A stretch of DNA of 64,000 nt. It comes from Syntrophaceae bacterium. GTDB taxonomy: Bacteria > Desulfobacterota > Syntrophia > Syntrophales > Smithellaceae. The notes beneath the pieces were generated by a model, which saw nothing but the letters and a program-made list of their open reading frames with translations, made no database searches and had not been told where the DNA came from. The stretch spans positions 16,435-80,434 of the forward strand of contig PLMQ01000053.1 of assembly GCA_003142535.1 (NCBI GenBank), read 5' to 3'. Both the position numbers and the translations under genes were made by a program. The number at the start of each line of letters is the position of its first letter. Within the stretch, counting starts at the first letter, position 1. This document shows, in pieces, positions 18,452-27,334 of this stretch.

Positions 18452-20026
18452 TTGCGTGTTGCAATAATTGCTGCTCCCTATCCACTCACTGAAATTCCCT
18501 CTCCGCCGCTGGGAATAACTTATGTAGCGGCGGCTTTTATTGCCGCCGGAGCGGAAGTTAAAATATTCGATTATATCGTTTCCGGTTACTCCAAAGAAAA
18601 ACTAGCCAACCAATTAGCAGACTTTCAGCCTGACGCTGTCGGTATCGGCTCAGTCACTATGAATTTCTATGAAGCGCAACGCATTCTGCAAGACGTGAAA
18701 AGCGTTGATCAGGAAATAATCACAATGATGGGCGGACCGCATGTGTCTTTTTGCGCAAGACAGACATTGAAACAGTATCCGGAAATTGATTTGATATTTT
18801 CAGGAGAAGCGGAAGATGCCATCAGGGAAATCACGCCGGCATTAAGCGATAAAAAACAATGGAGGAATATCTGCGGAATTGCTTCTAGGCAAAATGGCGA
18901 GATTATCGATAACGGTAAAAGAGGCTTTATTGCCGATGTGGATAATATTCCCCTTCCGGCGCGTAATCTATTACCGGTTTCACGCTATCGGGCTTTAGGG
19001 TTTCCGGTCAGCATAATCACCGGGCGCGGCTGTCCCAATGCCTGTATATTTTGTGTGGGACGCAAGATGGTCGGCAGCAAAATTCGCCGCCGTAAAGCGC
19101 AAAATGTCTTAGATGAAATCGAGCAGATCATTAAACTTGGTTTTGAGCGTATCAATATTGCCGATGACCTTTTTGCCACTGATAAAGAACGGGTTGACGC
19201 AATATGTAAAGGGATAATGGCGCGTGGTTTGCGTTTCAGCTGGAGCGCCTTTGCCCGTGTAGATACAGTAGGTCAGGAAATGCTGGAGATAATGGCGCAG
19301 GCCGGTTGTGACAGCGTCAGTTTTGGGGTGGAAACCGGCAATCCCGAAATACTCAAAACAATTAAAAAGGGGATTAATCTTGAACAAGTACGGAAAGCCG
19401 TGCAAATGTGTAAACAGGCGGGGATGATCGCGCATGCATCATTTATAGTCGGACTGCCGGGTGAAACAAAAGAGACTCTGGCGCAGACCGAAGAATTTGC
19501 CAAAAGCCTCGGCATAGTTTACGGCTACCATTTTTTAGCGCCTTTTCCGGGAACTACAGTGCGGGAAAAGGTTCAGAAATATGATTTACAAATCTTGACT
19601 GACGACTGGGCAAAGTATGATGCCAACGATGCCATTGTCCGAACTGCGGCAGTATCGCCAGAAGAGATGAGAGAATTTGTCGCCCGTTTTGATAAAGAAA
19701 TTGATGATGACTGGCAGAGGCAATTACGCGGTTATCAGATGGGCACGAATACACCGCTGGAAAATATACAGGTCGAAGGCCACTGGTGTTTGCAACTGAG
19801 TTATCAGATATTGAAAAATGACCTGATCGAAAAATACGGCTTTATCAAATCTAATATATTTCAAGGTTCCGATGAAAAAGCCTTACAGGAATTGTGCGAC
19901 AGAATAACTGCGGCTACGAATACGGATTCTGCCATAGTCAAGAAAACAATCAGTGATTATGCCCGGAAAGGTTATTTGAAAATAACAAATCACAATGGTG
20001 ATTGTATCTGTAGCTGGCCAGAGTAA
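18452..20026 (+). CDS. B12-binding-domain radical SAM enzyme
   Basis: N-terminal Rossmann-like B12-binding region (VAIIAAPYPL..LGITYVAAA) and GRGCPNACIFCVG (CxxxCxxC). TTG start 3 nt after the upstream stop. Confidence 0.8.
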   Translation: MRVAIIAAPYPLTEIPSPPLGITYVAAAFIAAGAEVKIFDYIVSGYSKEKLANQLADFQPDAVGIGSVTMNFYEAQRILQDVKSVDQEIITMMGGPHVSFCARQTLKQYPEIDLIFSGEAEDAIREITPALSDKKQWRNICGIASRQNGEIIDNGKRGFIADVDNIPLPARNLLPVSRYRALGFPVSIITGRGCPNACIFCVGRKMVGSKIRRRKAQNVLDEIEQIIKLGFERINIADDLFATDKERVDAICKGIMARGLRFSWSAFARVDTVGQEMLEIMAQAGCDSVSFGVETGNPEILKTIKKGINLEQVRKAVQMCKQAGMIAHASFIVGLPGETKETLAQTEEFAKSLGIVYGYHFLAPFPGTTVREKVQKYDLQILTDDWAKYDANDAIVRTAAVSPEEMREFVARFDKEIDDDWQRQLRGYQMGTNTPLENIQVEGHWCLQLSYQILKNDLIEKYGFIKSNIFQGSDEKALQELCDRITAATNTDSAIVKKTISDYARKGYLKITNHNGDCICSWPE

Positions 20027-20047
20027 CAATTAACGATATTCTAAAAA

Positions 20048-20755
20048 TCACTTCTTATCGATATCAATTTTCTCATCTTTATCTTCCTGATAGTTCTTTT
20101 TAATTAGCGGGGTGATGAATTCAAACAGGATCAGCGTGAAAAGGGTGATAAGGAGAAGAACAAGAAGTGTATGAATAAATTCCTTATGAACAAGGAACAT
20201 GATGATAAATATTTCCAGCATCAAAACCGCCGTCTCAATTACTTTTTTGCGCACAACGTTATCTATAATAAAGGAGAAGATAATTACCTCTACCCAGCCT
20301 TCCATAAGAATACCGTTTATTATTTCCCAACTCATGGTGCCCGCTGGCAATAGAATTCTCATCAACAAAGAAAAACCCAGTGTAAAAATAGATTCCGGAA
20401 TATAAGCCAGGTTAATAGCTAAAAATGTGGGCATCTTATTTCTGAGTAGTCCGCAGAAAAAGCCGGTCATGGCCTTGCCGAAAATTATAGCCAGGCCGAA
20501 AAACGGGCCGTAAATTCCCAGTACGGAATATTGAATATATGGTTGTATCGAAGAAATAGCACCAGCTAGGAAACCATAGACAGGTCCTAAAGCTATGGCA
20601 ATCATAAATGTTGCCAGATGGGAAAAGTCAAAACTGATTTGTGGATGCATGGGCGTAAGAAGGCTGGAGAGATACGCAAGTAAATTGCCCATAATACCGG
20701 CAGCAATAGTGATAAGAATTTTTTTATTATTTCCTTTTAGATTGAAAATGCTCAT
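20048..20755 (-). CDS. Polytopic membrane protein, possibly an ECF-transporter S-component-like substrate binder
   Basis: About 6 TM segments. ISFDFSHLATFMIAIALGP resembles the conserved loop of ECF S components. Acidic/lysine-rich tail. Confidence 0.4.
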   Translation of the reverse strand: MSIFNLKGNNKKILITIAAGIMGNLLAYLSSLLTPMHPQISFDFSHLATFMIAIALGPVYGFLAGAISSIQPYIQYSVLGIYGPFFGLAIIFGKAMTGFFCGLLRNKMPTFLAINLAYIPESIFTLGFSLLMRILLPAGTMSWEIINGILMEGWVEVIIFSFIIDNVVRKKVIETAVLMLEIFIIMFLVHKEFIHTLLVLLLITLFTLILFEFITPLIKKNYQEDKDEKIDIDKK

Positions 20756-20768
20756 AAATTAATTATCC

Positions 20769-21386
20769 TCATCTTTTGCGTTTTAGTATTCCCAATGATT
20801 CGAACATTGGTAGTACATCATATAAGCCTGATGCTGCCGCCAGTTGATAAACCTGATAAGGCGCCTGGCCGCCTTTGGCAGGGTCGGGAAAAATATCATG
20901 GAAAACCAGATAACCTTCAGGAAAAATATGTTTTGACCAGGTCTGATAATCCGTGAGTACGGATTCATAGGAGTGGCTGCCGTCAATAAAGACGAAACTT
21001 AAAGGTATCTGCCAGTATTTTCCCACGGTTTCCGAACGGCCGATAATCGGGACAACTGTATCTTCCAAATTAAAATCGGCAATAGTTTTGCGAAAAAAAC
21101 GCAGAGTATCAATTTTTCCCGTTTCTTTGTCCAATAAGTCCGGATCAAAGTAAGCTTCACCGGGCTGTTGCTCTTCCGAGCCGCAATGGTGGTCAATAGA
21201 AAATAGAATTGAGCCATTTTCTTTGCAGGCACTACCGATAAAAACAGCAGATTTACCACAATAACTGCCGATTTCGAGGCATGGCCCCGCTTTGGCGACC
21301 GTAAGGGCAAGCCGATAGAGATAATCCGCCTCTCGTTCATTTAAAAATCCCTTTATATCCGATATTTTTGCTTTATCAATTGGCAA
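20769..21386 (-). CDS. Class I SAM-dependent methyltransferase (O-methyltransferase family 3-like)
   Basis: CLEIGSYCGKSAVFIGSA and FVFIDGSHSYESV motifs. Confidence 0.7.
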   Translation of the reverse strand: MPIDKAKISDIKGFLNEREADYLYRLALTVAKAGPCLEIGSYCGKSAVFIGSACKENGSILFSIDHHCGSEEQQPGEAYFDPDLLDKETGKIDTLRFFRKTIADFNLEDTVVPIIGRSETVGKYWQIPLSFVFIDGSHSYESVLTDYQTWSKHIFPEGYLVFHDIFPDPAKGGQAPYQVYQLAAASGLYDVLPMFESLGILKRKR

Positions 21387-21494
21387 GAATATTTCCTCAA
21401 ATAGCTATTTTTTATCTTTCTTAAGCGTCATATTTTTAAAAAGCAAGGACAAGGTTAAAATAATTAGAATAAAATTGAATTTTTTACTTGATAA

Positions 21495-21541
21495 TGACTA
21501 TATGTAGTGGTATTCTCTTTTTCGACCCCAATATATAGCGT
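21495..21541 (+). promoter_or_regulatory. Tandem NrdR-box-like operators upstream of nrdD
   Basis: TGACTATATGTAGTGG (21495-21510) and CCCCAATATATAGCGT (21526-21541) each match most positions of the NrdR palindrome acaCwAtATaTwGtgt. The box starts are 31 bp apart and lie about 50-95 nt upstream of the nrdD ATG. Confidence 0.5.
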
Positions 21542-21590
21542 CAACGAGGGGCAGCAATTATTTTTGTTTTTATTGTTTATGGGGGGGTAA

Positions 21591-23678
21591 ATGAATACAA
21601 AAATTAAGAAGAGGGACGGCCGTCTAGTCACGTTCAACGCGGAAAAAATAACCAACGCCATTGCCAAGGCCGGCGCTGCCACCGGTGAATTTGATATTAA
21701 GGAGGCACGCAAACTAACGATCAAAGTTTTAAGCCTGGCGGAAAAGCTGTTTGATAGCAGAGTTTTGGATGTTGAGGAAATTCAGGATATAGTCGAAGAA
21801 GTACTTTTACCTTCCTCTTATCGTAAAACGGCTAAGTCTTATATTATTTATCGTGATCAACATGCGCGCTTACGTGATATTGCTAATAAAATGGAAGTTG
21901 ATCTTGTTGATCAATACCTGAAAAAAGCAGATTGGAAGATAAATGAAAACAGCAATATGGATTATTCCCTGCAAGGTTTGAATAATTATATTTCTTCCGA
22001 AGTCAGTAAGGTTTACTGGTTGAATGAAATTTATACCCCGGAAATAAGGAAAGCGCATAACGATGGTGATTTTCATATTCATGATTTAAGCTTGCTTTCC
22101 GTCTATTGTGTCGGCTGGGATTTATATGATCTTCTTTTACAGGGTTTCCGCGGTGTTTCCGGTAAGGTAGAGAGCAAACCGGCCAAGCATCTGCGTAGCG
22201 CTTTAGGGCAGGTGGTTAATTTCTTTTACACATTGCAGGGAGAGGCGGCAGGAGCGCAGGCTTTCTCCAACTTCGATACCCTTCTGGCGCCGTACATTCG
22301 CTATGATGGTTTGAAATTTGTGGAAGTCAAACAGGCGCTGCAGGAATTTATTTTTAATATTAATGTGCCGACCAGAGTCGGCTTCCAGACGCCTTTTACC
22401 AACGTAACTCTCGATGTTACCGTTCCCAAATATTATTCGGACCAGAATGTGATTATCGGTGGCCAGCCGCAAAAAGAGATCTATAAAGAATTTCAGGAGG
22501 AAATGAACCTCTTTAATAAAGCCTTTTTACAGGTTATGGCGGAAGGTGACGCCAAAGGCAGAGTTTTCACTTTTCCGATTCCTACATACAACGTGACTAA
22601 AGATTTCAATTGGGATGACCCCAATATGCATGACTTATGGGAAATGACTGCTAAGTACGGCGTTCCCTATTTTTCCAATTTCATCAATTCCGATATGAAC
22701 CCGGAAGATGCCCGCAGTATGTGCTGCCGCTTGCGTATTGACAACCGCGAGCTCGAAATGAGAGGCGGCGGCCTTTTCGGCTCCAATCCGCTGACCGGGT
22801 CCATCGGTGTTATTACCATCAATATGCCGCGTATCGGTTATCTGGCTAAATCCAAAAAAGATTTTCTCCAACAATTGGAAAATCTTATGGAAACAGCCAA
22901 AGAAAGCCTGGAAACGAAAAGAAAGGTGCTGGAGAAGTTTACTGATGGTAATCTTTATCCATACACCAAGTATTATCTGCGTAATGTAAAGGAAAGATTT
23001 AACGAATTCTGGAAAAATCATTTTTCCACGATCGGGCTTGTCGGCATGAATGAAGCCTGTCTTAACCTGTTGGGCAGAAACATTGCCTCTGAAGAAGGCC
23101 AGGCATTTACAAAGCAGGTTCTTGATTTTATGAGAAACAAGCTAATCGATTTCCAGAAAGAAACGGGAAATAACTATAATCTGGAATCAACGCCGGCGGA
23201 AGGCACATCCTATCGCCTGGCGAAGATTGATAAAGAAAAATATCAAGATATCATTTGCGCCAGTGACGGAAAATCTAAACATGCTGAACCGTTTTATACC
23301 AACTCTACTCAATTGCCGGTCAATTACACCGATGATATTTTTGAAGCATTGGATTTGCAGGATGAAATCCAGTCAAAATATACAGGAGGCACGGTATTCC
23401 ATACTTTTGCCGGTGAAAGGATAGATGACCCCAACGCGGTAAAGAGATTAGTTCAAAAAATATGTTCCAATTATCACCTGCCATACATTACCTTTACTCC
23501 CACCTTTAGTGTCTGCCCATCACATGGGTATCTCAAAGGGGAGCAGGAAAAGTGTCCGACCTGTGCCGATGATTGCGAAGTTTACTCCCGTGTGGTCGGT
23601 TATTTGCGGCCAGTCAAGCAGTGGAATAAAGGTAAGCAAGAGGAGTTTGACTCCCGGCGGGAATTCCGGTTCCAATAA
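21591..23678 (+). CDS. nrdD: Anaerobic ribonucleoside-triphosphate reductase (class III)
   Basis: N-terminal ATP-cone (IKKRDGRLVTFNAEKI), C-terminal Zn-ribbon cysteines (CPSHG..CPTC) and glycyl-radical motif RVVGYLRP. Confidence 0.9.
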   Translation: MNTKIKKRDGRLVTFNAEKITNAIAKAGAATGEFDIKEARKLTIKVLSLAEKLFDSRVLDVEEIQDIVEEVLLPSSYRKTAKSYIIYRDQHARLRDIANKMEVDLVDQYLKKADWKINENSNMDYSLQGLNNYISSEVSKVYWLNEIYTPEIRKAHNDGDFHIHDLSLLSVYCVGWDLYDLLLQGFRGVSGKVESKPAKHLRSALGQVVNFFYTLQGEAAGAQAFSNFDTLLAPYIRYDGLKFVEVKQALQEFIFNINVPTRVGFQTPFTNVTLDVTVPKYYSDQNVIIGGQPQKEIYKEFQEEMNLFNKAFLQVMAEGDAKGRVFTFPIPTYNVTKDFNWDDPNMHDLWEMTAKYGVPYFSNFINSDMNPEDARSMCCRLRIDNRELEMRGGGLFGSNPLTGSIGVITINMPRIGYLAKSKKDFLQQLENLMETAKESLETKRKVLEKFTDGNLYPYTKYYLRNVKERFNEFWKNHFSTIGLVGMNEACLNLLGRNIASEEGQAFTKQVLDFMRNKLIDFQKETGNNYNLESTPAEGTSYRLAKIDKEKYQDIICASDGKSKHAEPFYTNSTQLPVNYTDDIFEALDLQDEIQSKYTGGTVFHTFAGERIDDPNAVKRLVQKICSNYHLPYITFTPTFSVCPSHGYLKGEQEKCPTCADDCEVYSRVVGYLRPVKQWNKGKQEEFDSRREFRFQ

Positions 23679-23748
23679 CTAAAGTTTTATGAAGATGGCG
23701 AAGATCTTTAATTCTTCGGTGTGTAGGTGTGTATAATTTTCTCAGGAA

Positions 23749-24447
23749 ATGGACAAAATGAAAATCGGCGGCCTGCAAAAAATATCACTAATTGATTACC
23801 CCGGTTTGATCAGTGCCATTGTCTTTTTACAGGGCTGCAATTTCAAGTGTCCTTACTGTCATAATCCGGAATTGGTAGAACCGAAATTATTTGGCCCATG
23901 TCTTGATGAAAAGGAAATATTTAAATTCTTAAAGATGCGAAAAGGAAAACTGGATGCTGTAACGATTTCCGGTGGAGAACCGACTCTCCAAAAAGAATTA
24001 ATATCATTTATCAGGAAAATAAAAAAAATGGGTTATGCAGTAAAACTGGATACCAATGGTTCTCAGCCGCAAGTTGTTGCCAAATTGCTTGCCGAAAAGC
24101 TGCTCGATTTTATTGCTATGGATATAAAAGCGCCGTTGGATAAGTATAATAATGCCGTCAAATCGTCGGTAGATCAGGAAAAGATAAAAGAATGCATTAA
24201 TATTATTTTGCAGTCGAAAATACCGTATGAATTCCGTACAACTATTGTCAAATCAATGCTTACTGAAAAAGATATTCTGAAAATTGCCGGTGATATTAAG
24301 GGCGCCCGTCGCTATGTCTTGCAGAGATTTGTTCCGGAAAAAACACTGGAAAAAATTTTCCTTCAGGAGAAAACATACTTGGAAGAAGAACTGGAAAGAA
24401 TAAAAAAACGCCTTGAAAAAGAAATCCCCTCTGTTATAGTCAGATAA
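23749..24447 (+). CDS. nrdG: Anaerobic ribonucleotide reductase activating protein (radical SAM)
   Basis: GCNFKCPYCHN cluster motif and GGEPTL. Lies directly downstream of nrdD. Confidence 0.85.
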   Translation: MDKMKIGGLQKISLIDYPGLISAIVFLQGCNFKCPYCHNPELVEPKLFGPCLDEKEIFKFLKMRKGKLDAVTISGGEPTLQKELISFIRKIKKMGYAVKLDTNGSQPQVVAKLLAEKLLDFIAMDIKAPLDKYNNAVKSSVDQEKIKECINIILQSKIPYEFRTTIVKSMLTEKDILKIAGDIKGARRYVLQRFVPEKTLEKIFLQEKTYLEEELERIKKRLEKEIPSVIVR

Positions 24448-24472
24448 ATTTTATATAATTTAATGGTGAGAT

Positions 24473-26134
24473 ATGCCCCATAAATCAAAAGACAATGATC
24501 ACCGCTCCGTAAATTCCGACAAAATTAATCGTCAGTTGGCAGGAATTGTTTCTGAAAACCGCAAATTAATAGAAAAACAATTAGAACACATTAAGCGCCT
24601 AACTCAGATCGGCACTGCTTTATCTGCGGAAAAAAAACTGGATCGCCTTTTGGAAATGATCGTGGATGAAGCTCGAAAATTCACCAATGCCACAGGCGGA
24701 ACACTCTATATAATGTCCGATGATGAAACAGAACTGAAATTTGACATTGTCCAGAACGATATTTTAGGAAAACACATGGGCGGAACAGGAGATGAAATCA
24801 CCTGGCCGCCGGTAAAGCTTAAAAACGATGATGGAAGTCCCAATCACTCCAATGTATCTGCGTATGTGGCAATAACCGGTGAAGCGGTCAATATCGCGGA
24901 TGTCTATAATGCCGAGGGCTTTAATTTCGAAGGGACAAAAGAATTTGATCAAAAAACAGGCTACCGCTCCAAATCAATGCTGGTTCTGCCAATGCGTAAT
25001 CATGAAGATGATATCATTGGCGTTTTGCAGCTCTTAAATGCCACAGATCCATCCAGCGGTGAAATAATAGATTTCTCTTATGAATATCAGGAGATGACAT
25101 TATCGCTGGCCTCGCAGGCGGCAGTTGCACTTTCAAATTACCGGCTGATTCATGATCTGGAAAATCTGTTGGAATCATTTATTAGAACAATTGCCATGGC
25201 TATTGATGAGAAATCACCCTATACGGGCGGTCATGTACGACGTGTTGCCGAATTGACAATGACCATTGCCAAAAAAATTAATGAAGAGCAAGAAGGTCCC
25301 TTTGCCAATGTTAGATTTTCCGATGATGAATTACAGGAATTGCGTATGGCGGCCTGGCTGCATGATGTCGGAAAAATCACCACGCCCGAATATGTTGTAG
25401 ATAAAGCAACAAAACTGCAAACCGTGCATGACCGTATTACAGATGTTAAAACACGCATGGAGCTGCTCAAAAGAGATTATTTGTTGATGAGAAAGCCAAC
25501 GAAAAAGGATAAAAAATATTCCGGTTTGATGTCCGAAGAAGCGGCTGAACAAGCAATTAAAGCGCTGGATGAAGAATATCAATTTTTAACAAAAGTCAAC
25601 CGGGGCAATGAATTTACAACGGATAAAATGATTGACCGTATAAAAGAAATTGCCGTACGTAAATGGAATGCTGACGGAAAGACTTATCCGCTTTTAACCG
25701 ATGAGGAAATAACCAACTTGAGTATCCGCTACGGTACTCTCAATGAAATGGAAAGGGATATTATCAACAACCACGTGTTGAGCACATATAAAATGTTGTC
25801 GCAGCTTCCGTTCCCGAAAAAAATGCCTCATGTTGCCGTATATGCGGCCGCCCACCATGAAAAAATTGATGGTCGTGGTTATCCGCTTGGGCTCAAAGGC
25901 AACGAGCTCTCTCTGCAATCGCGAATAATTGCCATAGCCGATATATTTGAGGCGCTTACTGCCAAGGACAGACCTTATAAAAAAGGTAAAAACATTAACG
26001 AAGCCTTGATAATAATGGAGTTTATGGTTAAGGATAACGATATAGACAAGGATTTATATGACTTGTTTATTAAAGAAAAAATTTATGAAGATTATGCAAG
26101 ACGCGAGTTAGCGCCACAGCAGATTGACATCTAA
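24473..26134 (+). CDS. GAF-domain HD-GYP phosphodiesterase (cyclic-di-GMP signalling)
   Basis: HDVGKITTP and HHEKIDGRGYPLGL (HD and GYP motifs), preceded by a GAF-like region. Confidence 0.85.
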   Translation: MPHKSKDNDHRSVNSDKINRQLAGIVSENRKLIEKQLEHIKRLTQIGTALSAEKKLDRLLEMIVDEARKFTNATGGTLYIMSDDETELKFDIVQNDILGKHMGGTGDEITWPPVKLKNDDGSPNHSNVSAYVAITGEAVNIADVYNAEGFNFEGTKEFDQKTGYRSKSMLVLPMRNHEDDIIGVLQLLNATDPSSGEIIDFSYEYQEMTLSLASQAAVALSNYRLIHDLENLLESFIRTIAMAIDEKSPYTGGHVRRVAELTMTIAKKINEEQEGPFANVRFSDDELQELRMAAWLHDVGKITTPEYVVDKATKLQTVHDRITDVKTRMELLKRDYLLMRKPTKKDKKYSGLMSEEAAEQAIKALDEEYQFLTKVNRGNEFTTDKMIDRIKEIAVRKWNADGKTYPLLTDEEITNLSIRYGTLNEMERDIINNHVLSTYKMLSQLPFPKKMPHVAVYAAAHHEKIDGRGYPLGLKGNELSLQSRIIAIADIFEALTAKDRPYKKGKNINEALIIMEFMVKDNDIDKDLYDLFIKEKIYEDYARRELAPQQIDI

Positions 26135-26141
26135 TATGATA

Positions 26142-26214
26142 ATCACGGGTACGAACTCCAAAGCAAGATTTGGAAACAGATCCCAAAGTAAGCTTTGGAG
26201 TTCATACCTGTGAT
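26142..26214. repeat. Long imperfect palindrome built from the Rep-B CACGGGTA end module
   Basis: ATCACGGGTACGAACTCCAAAGC..GCTTTGGAGTTCATACCTGTGAT forms a stem of about 23 bp, starting 8 nt after the HD-GYP stop. Confidence 0.75.
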
Positions 26215-26318
26215 TGTGAGTGGGGAATAAAAAAGAAGAATAAAATATTAAAACATGTTAAAATCATCGTAATTTTTAAGAACTTGGTAATTTTGCAAAC
26301 AGTAATTCTTGAATATTT

Positions 26319-26669
26319 ATGAATAGACATAATTGCATTAAACTATTTTTTGTTATTCTGCTTTTATCTCAAATGCTTTGGGGCTGTGCAGTAGGTCAGG
26401 GTCCGGTAAGAGTTAAAGACGAACTGATTACTCATGAACTGGCCATTGGTAAAACAACCAAAGAAGACACGTTGAAACTTCTCGGTGAGCCCGGCCAAAT
26501 TATAAAAATGGCAAACGATCTGGAAATCTGGATTTACAATTATACGCAAATTTATGGTCTGCGCATTCCGTTTGCCCAGAATGAAATGGAAAACAGTACT
26601 TTATATATTGGATTTAAGGGCGATCTTGTAGAAAAAACTCACCGGCATGTAGGCAAAACGAATCTTTAG
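26319..26669 (+). CDS. Small lipoprotein (BamE/SmpA-like?)
   Basis: Signal peptide with lipobox LWGC. The family assignment is weak. Confidence 0.5.
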   Translation: MNRHNCIKLFFVILLLSQMLWGCAVGQGPVRVKDELITHELAIGKTTKEDTLKLLGEPGQIIKMANDLEIWIYNYTQIYGLRIPFAQNEMENSTLYIGFKGDLVEKTHRHVGKTNL

Positions 26670-26690
26670 CATCTTTCCCACAGCTATCTT

Positions 26691-26954
26691 ATACCAATTC
26701 TAAATTAAAGATGATATCGAGGCGGCAAGGAGAAGGCGACGAGACGTATGTGCGCCACGCCTTAATGGCGTAGCTCACCGGTAAGGAAATGATCTGTTTT
26801 TTTGTGCCCCCTTTTGGGGATGCACTCCCGGAAGTAATACGTTGAGAAAGCCGATGACCCAGGCACTTGTGACCTTCAGGTTACTCGTGACCTTCAGGTT
26901 ATGCACCGGGCAGGTGTTGCCAACAAAGATAGCGCTTTGATTTAGAATTGGTAT
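26691..26954 (+). repeat. Rep-A element, copy 2, with nested insertions
   Basis: Perfect termini ATACCAATTCTAAATTAAAG..CTTTGATTTAGAATTGGTAT. The central loop is expanded and there are two tandem GTGACCTTCAGGTTA modules at 26869 and 26887. Confidence 0.85.
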
Positions 26955-27259
26955 TAAGGTTTCGGTTTGGCAGCGACTTTATAATATTCTTTGGCCTTCA
27001 TGCAGTCTGTAAATTCCTGTTGAAATATTTGATCGATTACAGATATCGTGGTTTCAGCGCTTTCTTTGGCTGGGAATTCGGCTTTTCTGTTTTCGATAAT
27101 CTTCATTGCTTTTTGTTCGCATTCCGATTTATCGGCGAGTATTTGCTTTTCATCTTTGATCGTCAAATTATACCAACTGAACATACCAATTGCCGCGGGT
27201 ATGCAGCTTGTTGTAATCATTGCCATCATTAGGGCGATCAGGAAATAATGCTGTTTCAA
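26954..27259 (-). CDS. Small lipoprotein, unknown function
   Basis: Lipobox ITTSC after a hydrophobic leader. The first base of the stop-codon triplet (26954) is the last base of Rep-A copy 2. Confidence 0.45.
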   Translation of the reverse strand: MKQHYFLIALMMAMITTSCIPAAIGMFSWYNLTIKDEKQILADKSECEQKAMKIIENRKAEFPAKESAETTISVIDQIFQQEFTDCMKAKEYYKVAAKPKP

Positions 27260-27334
27260 ACTATCTGCCTCTTCAAAAGTTGACAGAACAATTACGTCAA
27301 AAGTGAAGATATTGCAAGCATGAGAGTTGTTTTA

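Noticed and set aside
26283-26300. A sigma54-like TGGTAATTTTGCA upstream of the 26319 lipoprotein gene.
   Set aside because: The GG-to-GC distance is 9 nt instead of 12, so it does not fit the -24/-12 geometry.
26860-26905. Tandem GTGACCTTCAGGTTA units, and similar units at 34646-34715 and 55000-55155, considered as a mini CRISPR array.
   Set aside because: There are only 2 units per locus, 15 nt long and 18 nt apart. There are no spacer-sized unique intervals or cas genes. The units are modules of the Rep-A/Rep-B repeats.
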